Below, in pieces: positions 42,214-54,200 of a DNA stretch of 64,000 nucleotides; the first letter of the stretch is position 1, and each line of letters starts with the position of its first letter. The position numbers were made by a program, and so were the translations under genes. Under the pieces are notes generated by a model that worked only from the letters and a program-made list of their open reading frames with translations, searched no databases and had not been told where the DNA came from. The DNA is from Longimicrobium sp. (lineage in GTDB: Bacteria; Gemmatimonadota; Gemmatimonadetes; Longimicrobiales; Longimicrobiaceae): NCBI GenBank assembly GCA_036377595.1, contig DASUYB010000175.1, positions 21,191-85,190 of the forward strand. The letters run 5' to 3'.

Positions 42214-45200
42214 TCAGGCGGAGGGGAAGGAGAACGATTCGCCGGCCGCCTCGGCCAGGCGCGCGAGCTCCTCGGGGTCGAACTGGGCCAGCTGCGCGTC
42301 CACCACCCGCTCGGCCAGCGTGGCCAGCACCGGCGCCTCGAAGATCTCCCTCATCCCCAGGTCCACCCCCACCTCGTCGCGGATGCGCGTGGCCACCCGC
42401 ACCACCAGCAGGGAGTGGCCGCCCAGCTCGAAGAAGTCGTCGTTCCGGCCGACGCGGGCCACCCCCAGCACCTCGGCCCAGATCTCCGCCAGCAGCTCCT
42501 CCGTCTCCCCCTCGGGCGCCTCCCAGGCGCGCCGGGCATAGGCGTCCGCGTCGGGCGCGGGCAGGGCGCGGCGGTCCACCTTGCCGCTGGTGGTGAGCGG
42601 GAGCCGCTCCAGCCGCACGTACGCCGCGGGCACCATGTACTCCGGCAGCTGCTCGCCCAGGTGGGTGCGCAGCACCTCGGCCCCGACCTCCGGGCCCACG
42701 TAGTAGGCGACGAGGCGCTGCAGCCCCGGCTCGTCCTCGCGCGCGGCGACGACGGCCTCGCGCACCGCCGGGTGGGCGGCCAGCTTGGCCTCGATCTCGC
42801 CCAGCTCCACGCGGAAGCCGCGGATCTTCACCTGGAAGTCGGCGCGGCCCTGGAACTCGAGCGTGCCGTCGGCGCGCCAGCGGCCGAGGTCGCCCGTGCG
42901 GTAGAGCCGCGCGCCGCCGCCCGCGAACGGGTCGGGGACGAAGCGCTCGGCCGTCAGCGCCGGCCGGTCCAGGTAGCCGCGCGCCACCTGCACCCCGCCG
43001 ATCAGGATCTCGCCCGTGACGCCCACCGGCGCCGGCGCACCCCTCTCGTCGAGCACGTAGATGCGGCAGTTCGGCGTCGGACGACCCAGGCTGGCGCCGA
43101 CCGCCTCGCCCTCGACGGGGCGCCGCCGGGTGACGGCGACGGTCGCCTCGGTCGGCCCGTACATGTGGTCCAGCGTGACGCCCGGCAGCCGCGAGCGCAG
43201 CCGCCCCATCAGCCCCGCCGGCAGCGGCTCGCCGCCGCTGAGGACCTGCCTCAGGCTGGTGCAGCCGGCGACGTCCGGATGCTCGAGGAACTCCAGCAGC
43301 ATCGACGGCGGGAAGGTGGCCGTGGTGACGCCGGCGCGGCGGATCAGCTCCACCAGGTGGGCCGGGTCGCGGTGCCCCTCGGGGCGCACGACGACGAGCC
43401 GCGCGCCCACGGTCAGCGGCCAGAAGAACTCGCGCACGGAGACGTCGAAGCTCGACGACATCCGCTGCAGCATGGCGTCGCCGCCGCCGAGCGCCCACGT
43501 CTCCTGCGCCCAGGCCAGGGCGTTGGCCACGTTGGCGTGCGTGTTCATCACCCCCTTGGGCTTGCCCGTGGAGCCGGAGGTGTAGATCACGTACGCCAGG
43601 TTCGCCGGGCTCCCCATCCGCGCCGGGTTCGTCTCCGGCCCGGCGGGGAGATCTCCATCGACCGCGACGACCGGCATCTCCAGACCCTCGAAGATCGAAG
43701 CCAGACCGTCGCGCTGCCGCGTCTTCGTCAGCACCGCCGCCGGCGCGCTGTCGGCCAGCATGTAGCGCAGGCGATCCGACGGATAGTCGGGGTCCAGCGG
43801 CACGTACGCGCCGCCGGCCTTGAGCACGCCGAAGAGCGCCACCGGCATCTCCGCGCTGCGCTCCATGCACACGGCCACCCGCGCGTCGGGCCCCACGCCC
43901 AGCGCGCGGAGGTGGTGCGCAACCCGGTTCGCCCGCCGGTTCAGCTCGGCGTAGGTGAGCGACTCGTCCTCGAAGACGACGGCGACGGCGTCGGGCGTGC
44001 GCTCAACCTGCCGCTCGAATAGCTCGTGGATGCACAGGCCGCCCTCGTACGCCGAGTCGGTGCGGTTCCACTCCTCCACCACCCGCGCCCGCTCGCCCTC
44101 GTCGGCCAGCGCCAGCGCGGCCACGGGCTGCGCGTCGTCCGCCACCATCTGCTCCAGCACCCGGCGCAGGTAGCCGACGTAGCGCCGCACCGTCTCCTCG
44201 TCGAACAGCGCGGTGGCGTAGAGCAGGACGCCGCGCATCCGCCCCTCCACCTCGGAGAGGGTGAGGGCCAGGTCGTACCGCGCGGTCGCCGCCGCCTCGC
44301 CGCCCACGGGCGACGCGTCCAGCTCCGGCAGCTCCAGCGGGCCGCCGGGGTTGTTCTGGACGGTGAACATCACCTGGAAGAGCGGGTTGTGCGCCAGGCT
44401 GCGCACCGGGTCCACCAGCTCCACCACCCGCTCGAAGGGGATGTCGCCGTTCTGCTGCGCCCCCAGCGTGGTGGCCTTCACCTGCTTGAGGAGATCGGCC
44501 ACGGTGGGCGAACCGCCCACCCCCACGCGCAGCGCCAGCGTGTTCACGAAGAAGCCGATCAGCCCCTCGATCTCGCGCTGCCCGCGGTTGGCCGTGGGTG
44601 TGCCGACTACGACGTCTTCCTGCCCGGCGAGCCGGCTCAGCACCGTGGCCCACCCGGCGAGCAGCGTCATGTACATCGTCGTCCCATGCCGCCGGGAGAG
44701 CGCCTTCAGCCCCGCGGTCAGCGTCTCGTCCAGCTCGATCCCGCGCAGCACCGCGCCGGCGAAGTCCGGCCGCTCGGGGCGCGGGCGGTCGGTCGGCAGG
44801 GTGAGGACGGCGGGGACGCCCTGCAGCGTCTCGGTCCACCACCGGGCCTGCGCCTCGAGCGTGGCGTCGTCGAGGGCGCGCCGCTGCCAGACGGCGTAGT
44901 CGGCGTACTGGATGGGAAGCGGCGGAAGGGGATCGGGCCTGCCCGCGCGGTAGGCGGCGTACAGCTCGCCCAGCTCGCGGTGGAACACCCCCGACGACCA
45001 GCCGTCGAAGACGATGTGGTGCAGGGTGACCAGCAGCACGTGCTCGTCGGCCGCCAGGCGGACCAGGCGGGCGCGGAAGAGCGGACCGTGCTCCAGGTCC
45101 AGCGGCGCGGTGGACTCCGCCGCCATCGCCAGCTGCAGCGCCCCGTCCACGTCCTCCACGCCCTGCAGGTCGTCGAGCTCCAGCGCGAAGGCGTGCTCCT

Positions 45201-48200
45201 CGACCGAGGCGATGCGCTGGCGGGGAACGCCGTCCACCTGCACGAAGCGGGTGCGCAGCGCCTCGTGCCGCGCCACGATCCGGGCCAGCGCCCGCTCCAG
45301 CGCGACCTCGTCCAGCTCGCCGCGGAGACGGGTCGCGTGGAAGATGCGGTACGCCCAGGCGTCGGCGCCCAGCGAATCCAGGAACCACATCCGCTGCTGC
45401 GCGTAGCTCAGCGGCGGATGCACACCGTGCACGCGCGGGGTGATCGCCGGCAGCGCGCTGCGGCGCGAGGACTCGGCGCCGCGCGCGAAGTCGGCCAGCA
45501 CAGGGCGCTCGAACAGGTCCAGCAGCGACACCTCGGTGCCCAGCGCCTCACGGACGCGGGAGATGACCTGCACCGCCAGCAGCGAGTGGCCGCCCAGCTC
45601 GAAGAAGCCGTCGTTGCGCCCCACGCGCTCCACGCCCAGCAGCTCCGCCCAGATGGCGGCCACCGCGGCCTCGGCCTCGCTCACCGGCGCCTCGTAGGCG
45701 CGGCGGGCGTAGGCGTCCTCGGCCGGCGCGGGAAGCGCGCGGCGGTCCAGCTTGCCGGTGGGGGTCAGTGGCAGGCTCTCCAGCCGCACGTAGGCGGCGG
45801 GCACCATGTGCTCGGGGAGCCGCTCGCCCAGGTGCGCCCGCAGCGCCTCGGCCCCGGCGTCGGCGCCCAGGTAGTACGCCACCAGGCGCTGGTCGCCCGG
45901 CGCATCCTCGCGCGCCGCCACCACGGCCTCGCGCACGGAGGGGTGCTCGGCCAGGCGCGCCTCGATCTCGCCCAGCTCCACCCGGAAGCCGCGCACCTTC
46001 ACCTGGAAGTCGTTGCGGCCCAGGAACTCCAGCATCCCGTCGGGCCGCCAGCGCGCCAGGTCGCCCGTGCGGTACAGGCGCGCGCCGGGCTCGCGCCCGA
46101 ACGGATCGGGGACGAAGCGCTCGGCCGTCAGCGCGGCCCGGCCCAGGTATCCACGCGCCACGCTGGCGCCGCCGATGTACAGCTCGCCGGCCACGCCGAC
46201 GGGCACGGGCTGGCCGGAGCGGTCGAGGAGATACGTGCGGCTGTTGGCCATCGGGCGGCCGATCGGCACCCGCGCGTCCGTCATCCCCCCACAGTCCAGC
46301 GCGGCGACGGCCGTGGCGGCCTCGGACGGGCCGTAGAGGTTGTGGATGGTGGCGCCGGAGAGCCGCTCGCGCGACCGCGCCAGCAGCGAGCCGGGGAGCA
46401 CGTCGCCGCCGCACAGCACGCGGCGCACCCTGGCCAGGCTCGCCACCTCGGGACGGTCGACCAGCAGCTGCAGGAGCGCGGGGACGGCATTCAGCGCGGT
46501 GACGCCCTCGCGCCGCATCAGCCGCACGAGCGCCTCGGGGTCGGGGCGCGCGCCCTCGGCCAGCACGATCCGCGCGCCCACCGTCAGCGGCCACACCAGC
46601 TCGCGGATCGAGCCGTCGAAGCTGAGCGTGGTGTGGCTCAGCATCGTCTCGTCCTGACCCAGCCGCCACGCGGCCTGCGCCCACGACACGCGCTGCACCA
46701 CGTTGCCGTGCGTGTTCATCACCCCCTTGGGGCGCCCGGTGGAGCCCGAGGTGTAGATCACGTACGCCAGATTCTCCGGCCCCACTCCCGCCCGCGCCGG
46801 GTTCGACTCCGGCCCGTCCGCCGCCTCGCCAATGGAGAGGACGGGGACGTCCAGCCCGGCAACGAGATCCGCCATCGTCCCGCGCTGGGCGGCGTCGGCC
46901 AGCACGCACGCCGGCGCGCTGTCCTCGAGCATGTAGCGCAGCCGGTCCTCGGGATACGCCGGGTCCAGCGGCACGTACGCCCCGCCGGCCTTCAGCACGC
47001 CGAGCATCGCCACCACCATCTCGGGGCTGCGCTCCAGGCAGACGGCCACGCGGACGTCCGGGCCCACGCCCCGCGCCGCGAGGTGGTGCGCCACCCGGTT
47101 CGCCCGGCGGTTCAGCTCGGCGTACGTCACCTCGTCGTCGTGGAACACCAGCGCCACCGCGTCGGGCGTGCGCTCCGCCTGGCGCTCGACCAGCTCGTGG
47201 ATGGTCGCCTCGCGCGGATACTCCATCTCCGTGGCGTTCCACTCGTCCACCACGAACGAGCGCTCGGCGCCGGAAAGGAGCGCCAGCTCGTCCACGCGCA
47301 GGGTGTCGTCGGCGGCCATCTGCTGCAGCGCGCGGCGCAGGTAGCCCGCGTAGCGCCGCACCGTGCCCTCGTCGAACAGCGCGGTGGCGTACTCCAGCTC
47401 GCCCTCGATGCGGCCGCTCTCCTCCTCGAGCGAGAGGGAGAGGTCGAACTTGGCCATCACCGCCGACGTGCCGGGGAGCTGCTGCATCTCCAGCCCCGGG
47501 AACTCCAGCGCGCCGCCGGGATTGTTCTGCAGTGAGAGCATCACCTGGAAGAGCGGGGCGTGCGCCACGCTGCGCGCGGGATCGACCACCTCCACCACGC
47601 GCTCGAAGGGGATGTCCTGGTTGGCCTGCGCGCCCAGCGAGCGCGCCTTCACCCGCCCCAGCAGCTCCGCCACCGTCGGCGAGCCCGAGACGTCCACGCG
47701 CAGGGCGAGGGTGTTGACGAAGAAGCCGATCAGCCCCTCGATCTCGCGCCGCCCACGGTTGGCCGAGGGCGAGCCGACGACGACGTCCGCCTGGCCGGAG
47801 AGACGGCTGAGGACGGCCGCCCACCCGGCCAGCAGCGTCATGTACAGCGTCGTCCCGTGGCGCCGGGAGAGCGCCTTCAGCGCCGCGGTCAGCGTCTCGT
47901 CCAGCTCCACGCGGACGGACGCGCCGGTGTGGTCCATCCGCGCCGGGCGAGGACGGTCCGCCGGCAGCTCCAGCAGCGCCGGCGCGCCGGCCAGCGCCTG
48001 GCGCCAGTACGACGCCTGCGCCTCGATCACCTCGCCCTCGATCCAGCGGCGCTGCCAGACGGCGTAGTCCGCGTACTGGATCGGCAGCGGCGGAAGGGGA
48101 TTCTCCCCGCCCGCGCGGAAGGCGGCGTAGAGCGCGCCAAGCTCGCGGCTGAACACCCCCGACGACCATCCGTCGGAGACGATGTGGTGCATGGTGATGA

Positions 48201-51200
48201 GGAGGACGTGGTCGTCCGCCGCCATGCGGATGAGCCGGCCGCGGATCAGCGGCCCGTGCTCCAGGTCGAACGGCGCCTCGGCCTCGTCCTCCATCAGTCC
48301 CGCCAGCGTCTCCTCCGCCGCGGGATCAGCCGTCAGGTCGTGCTCGATGAGAGCGAAACGCGTCTCGGATGCGATGCGCTGCACCGGCGCGCCGTCCACC
48401 TGCGCGAACGACGTGCGCAGCACCTCGTGCCGCGCGACCAGCGCATCGAGCGCGCGCACCAGCGCGTCGCGGTCCAGCTCGCCACGCAGGCGGCGGCGGC
48501 GCGGCACGTGGTAGGTGCTCCCCAGGTTGCCCAGCTGCTCCAGGAACCAGAGCCGCTGCTGCGCGAAGGAGAGGGGCAGATCGGATTCCCGCTCGGCGAC
48601 CTCGATCGCGGGAAGCTCGGCGTGCGCCGCGGCGTCGACCGCGCGCGCGAAGTCGGAAAGGACGGGGCGCTCGAAGACGTCGCGCAGCGCCACCTCGGCA
48701 CCCAGCGCCTCGCGCACGCGACTGGTCACCTGCACCGCGAGCAGCGAGTGGCCGCCCAGGTCGAAGAAGCTGTCGTGCCGCCCCACGCGCTCGGTGCCCA
48801 GCACCTCGCACCAGATCCCCGCCAGCACCTCCTCGGTCGTCCCCACCGGCGGCTCGTAGGCGCGGCGCGCGTAGGCGTCCTCGGCCGGCGCGGGAAGCGC
48901 GCGGCGGTCCACCTTGCCGCTGGAGCCGAGCGGGATGTGGTCCAGCCACACGTAGGCGGCGGGGACCATGTGCTCCGGCAGCCGCGCGGCCAGGTGCGCC
49001 CGCAGCGCGGCGACGTCGACGTCCTCGGCGCCGACGCAGTAGGCGACCAGGCGCTGGTCGCCCGGGCCATCCCTGCGGGCGATGACGACGGCCTCGCACA
49101 CCGACGGGTGCTCGAGGAGGCGCGACTGGATCTCGCCCAGCTCCACGCGGAAGCCGCGGATCTTCACCTGGAAGTCGGCGCGCCCCAGGAAGTCGAGCGC
49201 GCCGTCGGCGCGCCAGCGGCCCAGGTCGCCCGTGCGGTACAGGCGCGCGCCCGGCTCGCGGCCGAACGGATCGGGGACGAAGCGCTCGGCGGTCAGCTCG
49301 GGCCGGTTCAGGTAGCCGCGCGCCACCTGCACGCCGCCGATGTAGACCTCGCCCGGCACGCCGGCGGGGACGGGGTCGCCGCGCCGGTCGAGCACGTAGA
49401 CGCGGTTGTTGTCCAGCGGCCGGCCGATGGGGACGATCGCCCCGGAGTTCCCCGCCTCGTAGAGGATCGAGGTGGAGACGATCGACGCCTCGGTGGCGCC
49501 GTACATGTTGCGCAGGCTCACGCCCAGGCGGCCGCGGAACTCCTCGGCCAGCTCGGCGGGAAGCGCGTCGCCGGCGCAGTTCACGTTGCGCAGCGAGGCC
49601 AGCTCGCCGAAGCGGGGATGCCGCAGGAGGGCGCGCAGCAGCTCGGGCACCACCCCCAGCGAGGTGATCCCGTGGCGCGCCACCAGGTCGATCAGCTCCG
49701 ACGGGTCCATCGCCTCGCGCTCGCGCGGCAGCACCAGGCGGGCGCCGGCCAGCAGCGGAACGAAGAAGGCGGGAACCGACGCGTCGAAGGCCACCGGCCA
49801 GCGCTGCAGGATCCGGTCGTCGGGCGACGTCACCCAGACCTTCCGCATCCAGCCGAAGAAGTTCACCACGCCCCGGTGCGGGACGAGCACGCCCTTCGGA
49901 TGCCCCGTCGAGCCGGAGGTATAGATGACGTACGCCAGGTGGTCGGGGGTCAGCCCCGCCGGCTGCGGATCCCAGTCCGGTCCGTTCGCCTCCGCGCCGC
50001 CGCCGAGGGCGACGACGGGAATCTCCATCTCCGCGAAGAGCGACTCGGCCGCCACCCGCTGCCCGGCGTGCGTCACCACCGCCGCGGGCGCGCTGTCGGC
50101 CAGCATGAAGCGCAGCCGGTCCTCGGGATACGCCGGGTCCAGCGGCACGTACGCACCGCCGGCCTTCAGCACGCCGAGCAGCGCCACCACTGTCTCCAGG
50201 CTGCGCTCCATGCAGATGGCCACGCGGCCGTCCGGCCCCACGCCGCGCGCGGCGAGATCGTGCGCCAGGCGGTTCGCCCGGCGATTCAGCTCGCCGTAGG
50301 TGATCGTCTCGCCCTCGAACTCCACGGCGACGACGTCCGGCGTGCGCTCCGCCTGCCGCTCGAAGAGCTGATGGATGCACGCGTCGGACGCGTACTCGGC
50401 TTCCGTGGCGTTCCACTCCTCCACCACCTCCCGCCGCTCGGCGTCGGAGAGGAGCGTCAGCTCGTCCACGCGCAGGCGGTCGTCGGCTACCATCTGCCGC
50501 AGCACGCGGCGCAGGTAGCCCAGGTAGCGCACCACCGTGGCCTCGTCGAACAGCGCGGTGGCGTACTGCAGCTCGCCCGCGATGCGGCTGGCGCCCTCCT
50601 CCAGCGACAGCGCCAGGTCGAACTTGGCGGTGGCGCCGGAGACGGACGGCAGCGGCGCCGGCTCCAGCCCCGGCAGCTCCGTCGTGCCCAGGTCGTTGGT
50701 CTGCCAGACGAACATCACCTGGAAGAGCGGCGTGTGCGCCAGGCTGCGCACCGGGTCGACCAGCTCCACCACGCGCTCGAAGGGGATGTCCTGGTTCTGC
50801 TGCGCCTCGAGCGTGGCCGCCTTCACCTGCCGCAGCAGCTCGGCCACGGTGGGCGTGTCGGAGAGGTCGACGCGCAGCGCCAGCGTGTTGACGAAGAAGC
50901 CGATCAGCCCCTCCACCTCGCGCCGCCCGCGGTCGGCCGACGGCGAGCCGACGACGACGTCGCCCTGGCCCGAGAGACGGCCGAGCGTGGCCGCCCACCC
51001 GGCCAGCAGCGTCATGAACAGCGTGGTGCCGTGGCGCAGCGACAGCGCCTTCAGCCCCGCCGTCAGCTCCTCGTCCAGCTCCACCCACACCGAGGCGCCC
51101 GCGTGGTCCATCCGCGCGGGACGCGGCCGATCCGTGGGGAGCTCGAGGAGCGCCGGCGCGCCGGCCAGCTTCCGCTGCCAGTACGCCGCCTGGGTCTCCA

Positions 51201-54200
51201 GCACCTCGCCCTCGATCCAGCGCCGCTGCCACGCGGCGTAGTCGGCGTACTGGATGGGGAGGGGGGAGAGGGGATTCGGCTCGCCCGCGCGGAAGGCGGC
51301 GTAGAGCGCGCCCAGCTCGCGGCCGAAGACGTCCGACGACCAGCCGTCGAAGATGATGTGGTGCACGGTGACCAGCAGGACGTGGTCGTCCGGCGCCATG
51401 CGGATCAGCCGGCCGCGCACCAGCGGGCCCTGCTCCAGGTCGAAGCGCGCCGTGGCCTCCTCCGCCAGCACCCGTACCAGCGCGTCCTCGGCGCCGGCGT
51501 CGCGGGTCAGGTCGATCTCCACCAGCGGGAAGCGGCTCTCCGCCGCCGGCGCGATGCGCTGCACCGGCGCGCCGTCCACCCGCGGGAAGGTGGTCCGCAG
51601 CGTCTCGTGCCGGGCGACCAGTGCGTCCAGCGCGCGCACCAGCGCGTCGCGGTCCAGCGCGCCGCGCAGACGGCGGCGCCAGCGCATCTGGTACGCGCTC
51701 CCCAGCCCGCCGAACTGCTCCAGGAACCAGAGCCGCTGCTGCCCGAACGACAGCGGCAGGTCGGCCCCGCGCTCGACCGCCTCGATGCGGGCGAGCTCGG
51801 TGTGGACCGCGTCTCCGAGCGCGCGGGTGAAGTCGGCCAGCACGGGGCGCTCGAAGAGGGCGCGCAGAGGAATCTCCGCCTGCAGCGCCTCGCGCACGCG
51901 GGTGATGGCCTGCACCGCCAGCAGCGAGTGCCCGCCCAGCTCGAAGAAGTGGTCGTTGCGGCCGACGCGGTCGACGCCGAGCACCTCGGCCCAGATCTCC
52001 GCCAGCGCCTCCTCCGTCTCCCCCATCGGGGCGACGAACTCGCGCGTGGACCAGGCGTCGCTCTCCGGCGCGGGCAGCGCCTTGCGGTCCGCCTTCCCGC
52101 TGGGGGTCATCGGCAGCGCCTCCAGCCGCACGAAGGCGGCGGGGACCATGTACTCCGGCAGGCGCGCGGCCAGGTGCTCGCGCAGCGCGGCGGCATCCAC
52201 CTCGCCCTCGCCCGCCCAGTACGCCACGAGACGCTTCTCGCCCGGCGCGTCCTCGCGCGCGACGACCACGGTCTCGCGCACGTCGGGGTGGTCGGCCAGC
52301 TTCGCCTCGATCTCGCCCAGCTCGATGCGGAAGCCGCGGATCTTCACCTGGAAGTCGGTGCGGCCCAGGAACTCCAGCGTCCCGTCTGCCCGCCAGCGCG
52401 CCAGGTCGCCCGTGCGGTACAGCCGCGCGCCGGGCTCGCCCGAGAACGGGTCGGCGACGAACTTCTCCGCCGTCAGCTCGGGGCGGTTCAGGTAGCCACG
52501 CGCCACCTGGCCGCCGCCCACGTGGATCTCGCCCGCCACGCCCACGGGCGCGGGGCGGCCCTGCTCGTCGAGCACGTACACGCGCGCATGCAGCACCGGC
52601 CGGCCGATCGAGCGCCAGCTCTGCGGGTCGCGCGTGACCTCCTGGAGCGTCGCGTTGACCGTGGCCTCGGTGGGGCCGTAGAGGTTGCGCAGCTCGGGGA
52701 GATAGCCGCCGCGGCGGAACCAGGCCGCCAGCATCGCGGGCTCCACGGCCTCGCCGCCGGTCTCCACCAGGCGCACGCAGGGGGGGATGGCCACGCCCTC
52801 CTCGCCCACCAGCAGCTGCCAGAAGCGCACGGGGAGGTCGGTCACCGTCACCCCGTGGCGCTCGCAGCGGGCCCAGAAGGTCTCGGCGCTCTCCAGCCAG
52901 GCGTCGCTGCGCAGCACCGACGCGGCGCCGGACAGGATCGCCCCGAAGATCTGCTCCACCGACGCGTCGAAGGTCACCGGCGCGAACTGCAGCACGCGGT
53001 CGCCGGGGCCGATCCCCAGTCCCGCCTGCAGCCCCTCCACCTGCATGCACAGCGAGCGGTGCTCGACCATCACCCCCTTGGGCGTGCCGGTGGAGCCCGA
53101 GGTGTAGATCACGTACGCCACGTGCCGCGGCGTCAGCCCCGCGCGGGCGGGATTGACGTCAGGCTCGCCGGCAAACGCCTCCGGCGCGGAGAGGTCGACC
53201 AGCGGCACGCCGAAGCCGGCCAGCGCGTCCGCGAGGTGCGACTGCGTCAGCACCAGCGCGGGGGCGGCGTCCTGCAGCACGGCGGCGATGCGCTCGGCGG
53301 GATGGCTGGGGTCCAGCGGCACGTACGCGCCGCCGGCCTTCAGCACGCCCAGCAGCGCCACCATCATCTCCGCCCCGCGCTCCACGCACAGGGCGACGCG
53401 GACGTCCGGCCCCACGCCGCGCGCGGCCAGGTGGTGCGCCAGGCGGTTGGCGCGCCGGTTCAGCTCGCCGTACGTCAGCTCCACCTCGCCGGCGACGACG
53501 GCGATCGCCTCGGGGGCGCGCGCGGCGTGCTCCTCGAACAGGTCGGGGGCGCAGCGCTCGCGCGCGGGCGCCATCTCCCTGCGGTTCCACGCGTCGACGA
53601 CGAGCCGACGCTCGCTCTCCGGCAGCACGTCGACCGCGGCGACGGCCGTCTCCGGCGCCGTCTCCAGCGCGTCGACCAGCCGCTCCAGCGCGGCGTGCAT
53701 CAGCTCGGAGATCCGCGCCGGATCGATCGAGACGTCGACCTGCGGCGTCAGCGTGAAGCCCTCGCCCCAGTCGTCCACCGACAGCGTGAGCGGATAGTTG
53801 GTCCGCTCCTCGCCGCGCAGCATGCGGATCCCGTCCCACGCCTGCCGGCTCTCCGCCTCGTCCACGCGGATGCCGCCCGAGCCGCCGTCGCCGTAGCCGT
53901 GGCGGTAGTTGAGCAGGGTGGTGAAGAGCGGGGTGGGCGCCTGCACGCCGCTGCAGCGCTGCGCCAGCGCCAGCGACGCGTGCTCGTGCCGCAGCAGCCG
54001 CGCGAGGGTGCGATGCGTGTCGCGGACGGCGTCCTCCACGCCCTGCCCGTCGACGCGCACGCGGACGGGAAGGGTGTTGATGAACACACCGAGCACGCGG
54101 TCGGCGCCCTCGCCGCCTTGCATGCGGCCGAAGAGGAGGGTGCCGAACACCACGTCCGGCTGCCCCGACGCGCGCGACAGCACCTGCGCCCAGGCGACGT

